The notes under the pieces are model-generated. The model was not told the DNA's origin, ran no database searches, and saw nothing but the letters and a program-made list of their open reading frames with translations. From Minisyncoccota bacterium (GTDB taxonomy: Bacteria; Patescibacteriota; Minisyncoccia; Phycocordibacterales; JABAAK01): DNA of 64,000 bases. The position numbers were made by a program, and so were the translations under genes. Below are positions 28,500-39,036 of the stretch, piece after piece. The stretch's first letter is position 1, and each line of letters begins with the position of its first letter. The stretch covers positions 184,585-248,584 of the forward strand of contig OZ244939.1 of assembly GCA_965222235.1 (NCBI GenBank), given 5' to 3'.

Positions 28500-28529
28500 G
28501 AAAAAAGACACCGCAAGGCGCCTTTTTTC
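28500..28529 (-). terminator. Intrinsic terminator after rnpB
   Basis: Minus strand GGCGCC-TTGC-GGTGTC followed by TTTTTT. Confidence 0.75.
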
Positions 28530-28534
28530 ATGTA

Positions 28535-28858
28535 ACCCGAGGTATAAGCCGGATTCTGTATCTGCAAAGCAGACGGTAATCATTTATCTTGAGATGCTGT
28601 TACCAGCACCTTCAATGCGGCACTCCGCATAACGCGGCACGGCCTTGCACCCAGGTAGGAATTTAGCCGTTTCACTGCTGCGTCGCCGCAGCATTTGCCT
28701 CAGAGAGGCACTCTCGCCTTTCGGTCTGAGCGTCACTGTTCGCATCCCTCGCCTTTCGGCGGACGGGCGTTACCCGCTACCCTGCTCCGTGAAACACGGG
28801 GGTGTCCGGACTTTCCTCCCGCAGAACATATATTCCGCGGGCGATTACCCGCTCGGGT
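28535..28858 (-). ncRNA. rnpB: RNase P RNA
   Basis: Minus strand GAGGAAAGTCC near the 5' end and ACAGAATCCGGCTTA near the 3' end; P1 formed by ACCCGAG/CTCGGGT. Confidence 0.95.
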
Positions 28859-28906
28859 GTGCGCAGTATACACCACTGCACCCTGTATACACAACAACGA
28901 ACGCCC

Positions 28907-29608
28907 CTATGCCGTAACAAGCGCGCCGGTATACTCAACCAGCAGTGCCTGCAGCTTCGTCAACATCCGATCTATCTCAGCCCGAATATCGACGGCGGTA
29001 CGTTTCCGGGGCTGCTTCTGCTCCTGGGAATGATCGGAATCCCGCGACTGTCCGAATGCAACATGCTTCTTCTCCGGTGTCGTGGACGCGGTCTGCTTGG
29101 TTTCCTCTCCCCAGTGCCAGGTCGGCGCGCGCACCTCTCCGCGGCGGTGAGCGTTTGAGCTTCCTCCTGCGTCATCTCTCAGCTTCCGAAGGTCGCGACG
29201 GAAATCCTGAATAATATCGTCAATATATCTGCGCAGATCGTCCGCACGATCGCTCACCTCGGCGCGGCAGTCCTCATACTGTGAACGGTCGCGCAGATCA
29301 CGAAAACTATCATACCGCCGATCACCCTCCCGATCCGCATCGTCAATGTCACTGTCCAGACCCCGCAGCGCGGCGTCAACCGCCGAACTGCTTCCTCCAC
29401 GACGGATTTCATCGCGAATATCACGAACGGTGTCTGTAATATCCAGATCATCAACCTCATCATCAAAATCAGCAACCGCATTGTCATACTTCCGCTCAAT
29501 GCTCCGATCATCGGACCTGCTGCAGGAAGCCGCATGCACCGGCACTGCTGCCACAAACAGTGCGGCGATGAACAAAACGGCGGCGGCGTGAAAACGGATT
29601 GATACCAT
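28907..29608 (-). CDS. Secreted acidic helical hypothetical protein
   Basis: Signal peptide ending VHA, Asp/Arg-rich helical body, C-terminal coiled coil; TGGTATTCT box upstream. Confidence 0.7.
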   Translation of the reverse strand: MVSIRFHAAAVLFIAALFVAAVPVHAASCSRSDDRSIERKYDNAVADFDDEVDDLDITDTVRDIRDEIRRGGSSSAVDAALRGLDSDIDDADREGDRRYDSFRDLRDRSQYEDCRAEVSDRADDLRRYIDDIIQDFRRDLRKLRDDAGGSSNAHRRGEVRAPTWHWGEETKQTASTTPEKKHVAFGQSRDSDHSQEQKQPRKRTAVDIRAEIDRMLTKLQALLVEYTGALVTA

Positions 29609-29694
29609 ATATGTATAGAGAATACCATATAGCGGAGCGGTCAGGGCATTTCGGTGTAAAAAGATGGCAGCGGAAGGGTGGTATAGTACTATCC

Positions 29695-30195
29695 ATGAAA
29701 TACCTTGCAGGAGAGCAATTGCGGGAGGCAATGCGCTTCCTGTCTGAGGCGGAACAGATGGCGCGACAATCAACCTGCCTTCGGCGGCGGTGCGGTGCGG
29801 TCATTGTCTCAGACGGACAGGTTGTCGGCGCGGGATACAACAGCCCGGCGGGCGGAGAACGGCACCGGTGCACCGTTGAGAAACGGACATATGATGCTAA
29901 AGTGACGGACAAAACATGCTGTATGCACGCAGAACAGCGCGCTGTTCTGGATGCGCTCCGGCGGCATCCGGATTACATCGCCGGATCAACCATCTTTTTT
30001 GTTTCCGTTGATGTAAACGGTATCAGAGAGTTCGCCGGCGAGCCGTACTGCACCGTCTGCAGCAAACTATGTGTGGATACCGGCATAGCGTTCTTTATAC
30101 TCGCGCATGAGCGCGGTGTCTGCTCATACCCCGCCGCACGATACAATACTCTTTCATATCATTACTCTCCGGCCGCCGATACATCACACGGATGA
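29695..30195 (+). CDS. dCMP/cytidine deaminase-family protein
   Basis: STCLRRRCGAVIV, GYN, HAEQ, PYCTVC zinc motif; TGGTATAGT 7 nt upstream. Confidence 0.88.
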   Translation: MKYLAGEQLREAMRFLSEAEQMARQSTCLRRRCGAVIVSDGQVVGAGYNSPAGGERHRCTVEKRTYDAKVTDKTCCMHAEQRAVLDALRRHPDYIAGSTIFFVSVDVNGIREFAGEPYCTVCSKLCVDTGIAFFILAHERGVCSYPAARYNTLSYHYSPAADTSHG

Positions 30196-30777
30196 TGCGG
30201 AAGACTGTCCGAGTATGTTTCCCAAAAATGATTGCCGGTGTGCCGGACATGCGCCGTGCGTACACACCGCATCCCGGTGCTCCTGCGTGCCGTATCCTTT
30301 GTTCCGCTCAAATCCATAGACGGGAAACTGCTCAGAGAGATTGACCATGGCGGCGTCCCGGGTGACCTTCGCAACAATGGAGGCAAGTGCGATGAGCGGA
30401 TGCTGCTCATCCCCTTTTATAATATGCGTCGCGGTGTATACATCGGGCAGCGGCAGGCCGTAATCTGAATACACATGCGACACATCATGCAGGCCGATCA
30501 GCGCCCGGTCGGCGGCACGGTAGAGGGCCTGTGAAATTCCTGCCTCGTCTATTACCCGAGCATCAACTGAACACACCTGATACCGAAGCATGCGACCGAG
30601 CGTCACGGCATATTCCGCCCAGGATAACCGCTTTGCGGCGGACAACTTTTTGGAATCCCGAATGCCCGAAAGAAATGCATCGGGCGGTTCGTCGGAAAGC
30701 CACTGCACCGCGCACACCGTTACCGGACCGGCAAGCGGTCCCCGTCCGACTTCGTCAATGCCGACCGTATATTTCAT
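30184..30777 (-). CDS. rnhB: Ribonuclease HII
   Basis: GIDEVGRGPLAGPV, DSKKLS, KGD, ASIVAKVTRD, NKGYGT. Confidence 0.96.
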   Translation of the reverse strand: MKYTVGIDEVGRGPLAGPVTVCAVQWLSDEPPDAFLSGIRDSKKLSAAKRLSWAEYAVTLGRMLRYQVCSVDARVIDEAGISQALYRAADRALIGLHDVSHVYSDYGLPLPDVYTATHIIKGDEQHPLIALASIVAKVTRDAAMVNLSEQFPVYGFERNKGYGTQEHRDAVCTHGACPAHRQSFLGNILGQSSASSV

Positions 30778-30845
30778 ATATACACACTATACCCGGTCAT
30801 ACGCTGATACGGGTAAACATCAAAACTCCGCATGCGCTTCCCTCC

Positions 30846-32129
30846 CTACGACCCCATGACGGTACAAAATGATTCGGTAATATCCGCCGGTACATCGGTA
30901 TTGCCGACATAGCACAGTGCCATCGCCTTCGGATTGAGTATGGCACGCGCAACACGACGCACATCCTCCGGTGTCACCGCTTTCAATTGTTTTTCATACT
31001 CCTCCTCGTCCACTATTGTCCGTATCCGTGCGAATGTCTGCATATTCCTCATAGCCACGGTTGCCGCACTCTGCTGCTGTATCGCCCTGACACCGAGAGC
31101 ATATTCCCGCGCTTTCCGTACTTCATCATCAGTAACCGGTGCGTTTTTGACTGCCGCACATTCTTCGGCAATCGCTTCCGTCACCTCCCCGACCCGTTTT
31201 CCGTTAATGCCGGTGTGTATATAAAAGGTGCCGTAGGTGGTGGCTGAGCTGACACTACTGCGGATAGAATAGCAGGCGCCGAGATGTTCACGCACCCGCA
31301 GGAACAGGCGCGAGCTCATTGATCCGCCGAGCAGCACGGAGAACAGTATCGCCGCATACCTGTCCGTATCAGTGAATGCCGGCGCATAGCCGGCGATGTT
31401 AATATGTGCCTGTTCCAGATTCGCGCGCACAATGCTTGTATGCGCGTTCTTCACCCCCCGCGGTGAAACGGCGATCTGATCACTGCGCGTGCCGTTCGGC
31501 GCGACGGCATATATTTCTTTCAGCGCGGCAAGCACCTCCTCCGCATCAAACCCTCCGGCGACCGAGATAACGGTATTGCCGGCGGTATAGTGTTTTCCCA
31601 GGAAACGGATGAAATCGTCGCGGGAGAATGAGTGCACGGAATCAACTGTTCCGAGAATGTCATGCTCAACAGCGGTACCGTGAAACAGTGACTGTTCAAC
31701 CTCACTCGCCGCTTTCGCTTCCGGATCATCTTCATACATCGCTATCTCCTCAACGATGACTCCCTTTTCTTTTTCCAAATCTCTTTCCGGAAAGAGCGAG
31801 CGAAGAAAAATTTCGGCGGTGAGTTCAATCATGTCGGCAATCCGTTCGGACCTGCCGAGCAGATAATAGCCGGTATATTCCCTACCCGTGTACGCATTGC
31901 CGACGAGACCCGATTCATCCATGCGCACGGCCAGCTGTGTATGGTCGGGGTAATGTTCAGTTCCTTTGAAACACATATGCTCAAAGAAATGGGCGAGGCC
32001 GTGTTCCCGGTCCGTTTCATGGTTGGCGCCGACAGCAACACCGACCGTGACACACACTGTTTTTATATGCACATCCGGCGCGAGTATGACGGAAACACCG
32101 TTATCTAATGTATGTACTTCCGCTTTCAT
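30846..32129 (-). CDS. M16-family zinc peptidase
   Basis: AHFFEHMCFKGT inverted zinc motif, SSRLF..VRE..G..Y. Confidence 0.93.
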   Translation of the reverse strand: MKAEVHTLDNGVSVILAPDVHIKTVCVTVGVAVGANHETDREHGLAHFFEHMCFKGTEHYPDHTQLAVRMDESGLVGNAYTGREYTGYYLLGRSERIADMIELTAEIFLRSLFPERDLEKEKGVIVEEIAMYEDDPEAKAASEVEQSLFHGTAVEHDILGTVDSVHSFSRDDFIRFLGKHYTAGNTVISVAGGFDAEEVLAALKEIYAVAPNGTRSDQIAVSPRGVKNAHTSIVRANLEQAHINIAGYAPAFTDTDRYAAILFSVLLGGSMSSRLFLRVREHLGACYSIRSSVSSATTYGTFYIHTGINGKRVGEVTEAIAEECAAVKNAPVTDDEVRKAREYALGVRAIQQQSAATVAMRNMQTFARIRTIVDEEEYEKQLKAVTPEDVRRVARAILNPKAMALCYVGNTDVPADITESFCTVMGS

Positions 32130-32142
32130 ACGCTGCTGTGTA

Positions 32143-33138
32143 TCATATCACATCGCTGTTCCGCAGTGTATCCCGAAGTGCCTCTTCGGCTTTTTCTGTA
32201 TCATTTTTCTCCTGCCACTTTTCCTCCTTCTGCGGAACATACCGATGCCAGAGCAAAAGCAGTGACGGACCGAAAAAGAGCGATGAATAGGTACCGGCCA
32301 CAACACCGACGAAGAGTGCGATGCCGAACCACTGGACGACCGGGACGAACGATACTAAAAAGATGAGCGGTATGACGGTTGAAAGCGAGGTGTACACCGA
32401 CCGCCTGAAACTGGTACGGACACCGCGGTCAATAACCGCGGCAAAATCCTCTTTTCTCTTTTTTGCCGCATTGTCCGTAAGGCGGTCGCGAATGCGGTCA
32501 AACACCACGATGGTGTCGTTGATGGAGTAGCCGAGCGTGGCGAGAAGTGCGGTCACAAATAATGTGTCAACTGCGGCATCAGTGAACGGAGCGAGAAGTG
32601 CGAACACACCGAGCGGCGCAATGACATCATGAAACAGCGCGAGAATTGCAACCGTACCGTACTTCCACGAAGCAAGCGGATATGACACCCCCCTGAAGAC
32701 AAATGATATATACAGAACAATAACGATAGAGGCGATGATAAGGGCGATGACCGCCTTGCGTATCAGCTCCCTGCTGATTGAGGGAGAAAATGACTGATAC
32801 TCCGTAATAGTATGCACGCCGATTGTATCCGTAATATGGCTGAGCAGTGAGATATATTCCTTGTCACCGAGCGCGCGGGAGGTGAAGCGGTACGCCGTTT
32901 CCGAGAGCGGCTCTGCGGCAACGGCGTACGGCAGCGGTGAAAGAGCCGCAGCAACCTCGTCGGAATGCTGCTCGCTCTGGAATACCACCTGCAGATGAGC
33001 GCTGCCGCTGAACTCCGGGGCGACATTCGGACTGATGGCGATGACGCTCAGCAGAAACACGACGACAAGCGCTATGCCTGCCCCCATGTGTATGTGTGCG
33101 TACTTGCTGATGCTGTTGTGTAAAAAATTCTGTATCAT
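32143..33138 (-). CDS. secF: Protein translocase subunit SecF
   Basis: ALFHDV, GYSINDTIVVFDRIR, GTYSSLF. Confidence 0.93.
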   Translation of the reverse strand: MIQNFLHNSISKYAHIHMGAGIALVVVFLLSVIAISPNVAPEFSGSAHLQVVFQSEQHSDEVAAALSPLPYAVAAEPLSETAYRFTSRALGDKEYISLLSHITDTIGVHTITEYQSFSPSISRELIRKAVIALIIASIVIVLYISFVFRGVSYPLASWKYGTVAILALFHDVIAPLGVFALLAPFTDAAVDTLFVTALLATLGYSINDTIVVFDRIRDRLTDNAAKKRKEDFAAVIDRGVRTSFRRSVYTSLSTVIPLIFLVSFVPVVQWFGIALFVGVVAGTYSSLFFGPSLLLLWHRYVPQKEEKWQEKNDTEKAEEALRDTLRNSDVI

Positions 33139-33142
33139 ATAT

Positions 33143-34426
33143 CTAACGAATGTACCACTGTTTCATGCCGCGCTGAAACACGCCGGCGGTCGTTCTAAGC
33201 AGCAGGCGTGTCAGCAGATACGCCGAGAGCATGCTGAGCAGCACGCCGATGATAAACGCGAGAGCGAACCCCTTGATGATGGAGGTGCCGAACCAGAACA
33301 GCAGAAAGGCAATAATGATGCTGGTGAAATTCGCGTCACGGATAGCCAGCCACGCGCGTCGGCATCCGCGCTCTATTGCCTCGTCCCGGGCGATGCCGTT
33401 CCGTATTTCCTCCCGCATGCGCTCAAATATGAGCACATTCGCGTCAACGGCAAAACCGAGTGACATGATGAATCCGGCGAGGCCGGCGGCGGTCAGCACA
33501 ATCGGTATACCCTTAAACACCGCGAGGATCACCGCGATATATACCGCGAGAGCGGCGAGAGCCACCAGGCCGGCGAAGCGGTAGACGACCAGGAACATAA
33601 GGGCGATGATCAGAAACGCGGCAAACGCGGCCGTGGCGCTTTTCTCAACCGTCTCGGCGCCGAGCGTCGGGCTGACCGTGCGGGTTTCAGCGAGCGCGAT
33701 GGGAATGGGCAGCGCGCCGAGGCTCAGGCTGTCCGCAAGATCGGTCGCCGACTCCAGTGTAAAATTACCTTCTATCTGTGTCGTTCCGCTGAGTATTGCC
33801 GTTCTGATAACCGGCGTTGATATGGGTGTGCCGTCTAGGAATATGCCGAGTGCATTACCGACATTGGCTTTGGTGAGGTCCGCGAATAATTTTGCCCCCT
33901 CGCGGTTAAAGTTCAGTATCACCACCGGTTCGCTTGTCAGCGAACCGCCGATTCCCTGCATGAACTGTACGCCCGCCGATGTGACATGTCCTCCCTGCAG
34001 CCCCGTCGGTTCAAACCGCTCGCGTGCTTTGCTGAATATCTGAAATTCAAGGTACGGCGTGCGGCCGATCGCTTTCGTCGCCTCCTCTATGTCCGTAACG
34101 CCGGGCAGCTCAACAACGAGCCGGTATTCGGTCGGCAGGCCCGTGAATGCGGATGTTTGCGCCGTATATACTCTGGGTTCGGATACCCCCAGCGCGTTCA
34201 CCCGCCGCTCAATCACCTGCTGCAGCGCGTCCATGCGTCCGCCTATCTCACTTTCAGGCACCCCGTCCATATCGGCTGTGTATGTTACCTGCGTGCCGCC
34301 CGCGAGATCAAGACCGAATGAAAACGGATACCGATCCGTGTCATACACATACAGCACCGACAGCATTGCGCTGATCGCCAGTACCGCTACACTGCCGGCC
34401 GTTAACATCAGTTGCCGTCTCTTCAT
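33143..34426 (-). CDS. secD: Protein translocase subunit SecD
   Basis: GLDLAGG, IERRVNALGVSEP, AVDANVLIFER, AIRDAN. Confidence 0.95.
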   Translation of the reverse strand: MKRRQLMLTAGSVAVLAISAMLSVLYVYDTDRYPFSFGLDLAGGTQVTYTADMDGVPESEIGGRMDALQQVIERRVNALGVSEPRVYTAQTSAFTGLPTEYRLVVELPGVTDIEEATKAIGRTPYLEFQIFSKARERFEPTGLQGGHVTSAGVQFMQGIGGSLTSEPVVILNFNREGAKLFADLTKANVGNALGIFLDGTPISTPVIRTAILSGTTQIEGNFTLESATDLADSLSLGALPIPIALAETRTVSPTLGAETVEKSATAAFAAFLIIALMFLVVYRFAGLVALAALAVYIAVILAVFKGIPIVLTAAGLAGFIMSLGFAVDANVLIFERMREEIRNGIARDEAIERGCRRAWLAIRDANFTSIIIAFLLFWFGTSIIKGFALAFIIGVLLSMLSAYLLTRLLLRTTAGVFQRGMKQWYIR

Positions 34427-34493
34427 ATGTCATTACAGTATACACACTCAGCGCGCAATACCAAAAACACCATTGTTAGAAACCGAAACCGTC

Positions 34494-35639
34494 TCATACC
34501 CGCCGCTTTCTCCCGGAAAGCAGTTCATCAAAACTGCCGGCAAACTGCATCTTTGCCATACCGAGCACCAATGCAATTGCGATCGCCTCAGCGAGAAGAT
34601 GCGATCCGCCGTAACTCATAAACGGCAGCGTGATGCCGGTAACCGGAATGATGCCGGAATTCACGCCGATATGCAGCAGCACATGCGAGAAGATTAAGAC
34701 CATAACGCCGATGGTACAGAGTATCTCAAAATTTGTTCTCCCCTGAACGGCATGTATAAGCAGCCGCCAGCCGATGACAATATAGAGCATAAAGAGCACC
34801 AGTACACCGGCAAATCCCCATTCCTCGGCGAACGCGGCGAACACAAAATCGGATTCATAAAGCGGCAGAAAGCCGAGCTTGGACTGTGTTCCCTCACCTA
34901 TCCCCCTGCCGAACAGCTCGCCCGATCCGATCGCTATCTTCGACTGATGCGCCGTGTACCCTGATGACTGAAGATTTTCAAGCGGTGATATGAACGCGAG
35001 AACCCGCTCCTGCTGATACTGGGGGACGAACTGCCAGCCGATAACCGCGACCAGCACAGCGAACAGAATGAGAGCGGCGATGTGTTTTTTTGACACGCCG
35101 GAGACAAAAATCATACCTCCCCATATCATAAGAAAAATAACTGATGATCCGAGATCGGGCTGCTTAAACACCAGAAAAAACAGTGCCAGCGTAATGCCCA
35201 GTGACACGGCGACATGTCTCAGGTGCCGTATATGTATATGCCGGGTGGCGAAATACCGCGCAAGGATGATAATCAGGAATATTTTGATAAATTCAACAGG
35301 CTGCACAGCCACGACATTAAAAAAGATAAACCAGCTGTGTGCCCCGTTTATCTCCGGCGCAAACAGGAGCAGTGAGATCAGCACAACCAGGGATACCAGA
35401 AACAGTACCAGGGAAACGAGCGGCCCTTTCAGCACGGCGTACGTGTTCATTGATCCGAACAGTATGATGCCAATGCCGAGCAATACGAATATCACCTGTT
35501 TGAAGAACAGCGAATCAAATGAAAATCCGTCAAGCGGAAAATTTGTCGTGAGCCCTATCGCCATGATGAGGATAACAGGCGTCACCAGCAGCCAATCAAT
35601 TGTCTGCAGATGTTTCAGCAAAGAATTCATACCTACCAT
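34494..35639 (-). CDS. rodA: SEDS protein RodA/FtsW
   Basis: QPVEFIK, QPDLG, QSKIAIGSG, DFVF..FAEEWG, TGITLPFMSYGGS. Confidence 0.85.
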   Translation of the reverse strand: MVGMNSLLKHLQTIDWLLVTPVILIMAIGLTTNFPLDGFSFDSLFFKQVIFVLLGIGIILFGSMNTYAVLKGPLVSLVLFLVSLVVLISLLLFAPEINGAHSWFIFFNVVAVQPVEFIKIFLIIILARYFATRHIHIRHLRHVAVSLGITLALFFLVFKQPDLGSSVIFLMIWGGMIFVSGVSKKHIAALILFAVLVAVIGWQFVPQYQQERVLAFISPLENLQSSGYTAHQSKIAIGSGELFGRGIGEGTQSKLGFLPLYESDFVFAAFAEEWGFAGVLVLFMLYIVIGWRLLIHAVQGRTNFEILCTIGVMVLIFSHVLLHIGVNSGIIPVTGITLPFMSYGGSHLLAEAIAIALVLGMAKMQFAGSFDELLSGRKRRV

Positions 35640-36430
35640 CTCCGTATGACCGGGATAATTTCAATTTTCTTCACCTGCTGCAGGCATGTGCCGCCGGGAC
35701 AGGTGTCCCTGCGCAGGGTGAACGGATGTATCCAGGAAAATTCCAGATGCCGCTCCTCATTCGGATTTACATATGTTTCAAATGTCCGCGAGGCGGCGAT
35801 TGCGACACCGCCTTCGTCATAGACAATGACGACAAAATCAACCTCCGGCACCGTTTCAGAGCCGATATTTCTCACCGTCGCGCTCACCCGGGGCGCTCCG
35901 CGCTCCGGTACGTGTGTCGCAATATCCGAGACGGAAAATGCTGCATCGTTCGGTTTGGGAACAAACACCGACTCATTCACAAAACGGAATGACGCGCCCG
36001 CCACCTTTGATTCTCCGGTGAGAATAGCAGAAACAAAAATCGGCGTGATGCTGTTCGGCATGATGGATGTCTTTTCCGAGTGCCGCGAGATCACAGATCC
36101 GTTTTTGTCGTAGAGCAGTATTTCGTACTGCACTGACGGCACATACAAATCACTGTTCTGATTTTCAATATAGGCCACCGCCGAATAGATGCCGTTAACA
36201 ACGGGAAAGTACCGGGTCCACAGATCCAGGAGTTTCTTCGGTGTCTCCGGACAGGCGTTCGGACACGCTCCGCCGCAGTCAACACCGACCTCCAGACCGT
36301 TCCGAATACCGTCATCACAGGTGACCGGGTTATAATATATGACGAAAATGATGCTGCTGACCGCAAATGAGGCGACCACAAAAAAGGTAAGGAGCAGATT
36401 AATTTTTCTTTGTGTGCTCCATGCCGACAT
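35633..36430 (-). CDS. Membrane-anchored hypothetical protein with Cys-rich repeat
   Basis: TM helix, TCDDGIRNGLEVGVDCGGAC motif, two beta-rich halves. Confidence 0.75.
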   Translation of the reverse strand: MSAWSTQRKINLLLTFFVVASFAVSSIIFVIYYNPVTCDDGIRNGLEVGVDCGGACPNACPETPKKLLDLWTRYFPVVNGIYSAVAYIENQNSDLYVPSVQYEILLYDKNGSVISRHSEKTSIMPNSITPIFVSAILTGESKVAGASFRFVNESVFVPKPNDAAFSVSDIATHVPERGAPRVSATVRNIGSETVPEVDFVVIVYDEGGVAIAASRTFETYVNPNEERHLEFSWIHPFTLRRDTCPGGTCLQQVKKIEIIPVIRRW

Positions 36431-36467
36431 ACCGCCATCAGTATACCATTCGCCCGGAGTGTGTTAT

Positions 36468-38981
36468 TTAAAATGACGAAACATACGTGAGAATAATATC
36501 CCGTGTCGCCTTGTCCAGTGCCCCGGTGACCTCAATGCCGTTCACCAGCTGAAAGATTCTCAGTGCCCGTTCGGTCGCGGACCCGAATACCGCGCTCTCG
36601 TTGCCCGGACTTCCCGGTCCTTCACGCGCAATTGTGTAGCCGTTTTCATTAAGGAACACCTGCAGCCGGTAAATATCATCGTGCTTATCGCCAACATGCA
36701 GCGCCTTTATCTCAACGGGAACCACGATGCCGATATCCCGCCGCGTTTCATCAACCACCTCCTCCCGTGACCGAACCGAATCGTCAACGACCGGCGGCGC
36801 AGCACCGATGATAATATCAATCTCAACTTTTTTGGGTATGCCCGGTGCGGTTATCCCACGCAGCTCGGCGGCGCGGCGTTGGGCATCCGTGTTTGCAACG
36901 CGCTCATCGTAGACAACAATCCGATCCTGTTTTTTGATAATGCTCTCCTGATCCCGCTTGATGCCGGCTGTTAATGCCGACATGATGTTCCGCGTGTGCC
37001 CTATCAGTTTTTCCAGTACTGATTTTCTCTCTTCAAGCAGATCAACGGCACTCTTGTCTGAATATTTCCCGTCTGTTACCGGCAACACCGGCGGCTTTTC
37101 CTCTGGGCAGTCGCCTGATCGTACCTGATACACATACACCGCGCCCGCATCTGACACCGCCGCGTCATCATGATCCGCTCCCACAGCGAGATAGGTGCCG
37201 TCAAATGATATGCTGCCGCCGAACTTGTCTCCCCGCTTCGTCGCGCCTTGAATGACATCCCCCGCGGGCTTCCAGAGACCGTTCTCCATGCTGTAGGCGT
37301 ACACCGCGCCGGTTCTCTCTTCAACGACACTGTCGCTGTCAGGTGCACCGATCAGAAGCAATCCTCGTTCGTATGCGATTGACGAGCCGAACAGACGCGC
37401 CCGCCCCTCCCCGGAAAACACTATTTTCTGAGTCGGTTGCCAGAAGCCGCTGTTGAGCGTGTATGTATATACCGCGCCTTCCATATACTTTGTGGCGGCA
37501 ATAAACAGAGTGCCGTTTCTGAGAAGAACTTCACTGCCGAAGCTGCCGTGCGGACCGGTTTCTTTCGGAGCCGGAATCTTTTGCATAACCTGCTGCGAAT
37601 CCTGATTCTGATATACATACACCGCGCCGCCGCTGTCTCCCGGAGCACCGACCGCCACTATCGTGCCGTCTACCGATACACTGTATCCGAAACGCTGCTT
37701 CTTTCGGCTGTCGGGAGGCACCAGCCGAATCGGCGCAATCCAATGATCGCCGGAGCGGGAATAGGTATAGACCGATCCGCTGGAATCACGCTCCTCAACC
37801 CCGACCGCGAGAAGTGTATCGCCCGCGTCAATACTGATGCCGAAACCGCTGTATGCGGCGAGTGTACGCGGCAGCAGTATATGCTGATGTGCCCACTGTC
37901 CGGCACTCATAGCGTAGATATGCACGCTGCCGGAATTAATGCCGGTGTAATTGGTGTTCGGAATACCGAGCATAACCGTGTTCCCTTCGGAGAGCACTGA
38001 TGTTTCGCTTACACTGGTATCGGTATAGTCCGCTTCTGTTATGGCAATATCCTGTTTCCATACCCCGTTGCCGTCGCGATATATATAGCTCTGATAATCG
38101 CCGCCGCTTACAACGAGCGTCCCCCCGTCAATGCTCACCTCCCTGCCGAAGTATGTTTTTGATTCGCTGTCCGGACGGTGAATTTTCTGCACAAGTGTGT
38201 ATGCGGGACAAGCAATGTCCGCCTCACCGCTGTCAGTGCGTTCGGGAACGATTGTTTGTTTCGGCTTGGGTTTCGGCTTGGGTACGGACTCAGCGACGGA
38301 AACTGACATTGATCCCATTCTGCTTTCGGTCGATCCTCTTTTAATCTGCGCTTCAAATATATTCCTGCCGATGTTCAGCTGCTGCACGGGAATCGGATCC
38401 GACACCACGGTCTGCTGTGCCGCCTCCTCTTCCGTCAGATCTTTTTCCTGTTTTTTATTCTTGTTCACAAAGAAGACAATGGTGTCCCCGACCTTAAACG
38501 CACCTGATGCCGTGATGATATACTGATCGCCGTCTTCTTTCACCGTTACTGACGGCCTGTCCGGCGGGGCTTTCGGTGTGTCCCGTACCTGTAATACCAG
38601 GGGCGCCGTTTCGCTGACGACCCTGCCGCGGCGCTCCAACTTGGCGACGATGTTGTTATCCCCGCTTTCAAAGGTGTCCGTGGAAATATTAGAAATGAGA
38701 ACCTCGCGCCCGTCCTCGCTCGCGTCGTCGGACCGTATCACTTTCCCTTTGAGAAACTTGTCGTTGGTGTACAGCGAAATGACATCCTGATCGAGGAACG
38801 CGCCGAATACCTTTATCCCGACAACCGCGCTGTTCTCCTGATTCTGAAGGATGTCCAGCACCCGAAACGAGTCTCCCTGTGCAACGGCTTTGAACGCGGC
38901 CAGCCATAGCAGAATACAGACACCCGTGAGAACGGCAAGATGCGCAAACCTTTTTCTGAAGGAATATTCCCGTGTTTTCAT
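36468..38981 (-). CDS. Secreted FG-GAP repeat protein with C-terminal peptidoglycan-binding domain
   Basis: Signal peptide; repeated FG.SVS..G..AVGAP....GAVYVY; LQVFLN...GSPGNES.FG.AT..AL..FQ PG_binding_1-like C-terminus. Confidence 0.85.
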   Translation of the reverse strand: MKTREYSFRKRFAHLAVLTGVCILLWLAAFKAVAQGDSFRVLDILQNQENSAVVGIKVFGAFLDQDVISLYTNDKFLKGKVIRSDDASEDGREVLISNISTDTFESGDNNIVAKLERRGRVVSETAPLVLQVRDTPKAPPDRPSVTVKEDGDQYIITASGAFKVGDTIVFFVNKNKKQEKDLTEEEAAQQTVVSDPIPVQQLNIGRNIFEAQIKRGSTESRMGSMSVSVAESVPKPKPKPKQTIVPERTDSGEADIACPAYTLVQKIHRPDSESKTYFGREVSIDGGTLVVSGGDYQSYIYRDGNGVWKQDIAITEADYTDTSVSETSVLSEGNTVMLGIPNTNYTGINSGSVHIYAMSAGQWAHQHILLPRTLAAYSGFGISIDAGDTLLAVGVEERDSSGSVYTYSRSGDHWIAPIRLVPPDSRKKQRFGYSVSVDGTIVAVGAPGDSGGAVYVYQNQDSQQVMQKIPAPKETGPHGSFGSEVLLRNGTLFIAATKYMEGAVYTYTLNSGFWQPTQKIVFSGEGRARLFGSSIAYERGLLLIGAPDSDSVVEERTGAVYAYSMENGLWKPAGDVIQGATKRGDKFGGSISFDGTYLAVGADHDDAAVSDAGAVYVYQVRSGDCPEEKPPVLPVTDGKYSDKSAVDLLEERKSVLEKLIGHTRNIMSALTAGIKRDQESIIKKQDRIVVYDERVANTDAQRRAAELRGITAPGIPKKVEIDIIIGAAPPVVDDSVRSREEVVDETRRDIGIVVPVEIKALHVGDKHDDIYRLQVFLNENGYTIAREGPGSPGNESAVFGSATERALRIFQLVNGIEVTGALDKATRDIILTYVSSF

Positions 38982-39036
38982 GACTATTGGCAGTGTACAG
39001 CACTATTTCCCGGATGTGCCGCGCTTTCCACCGCCG

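Noticed and set aside
28645-29158. Plus-strand ORFs over rnpB
   Set aside because: Region is explained by RNase P RNA and the adjacent minus-strand gene
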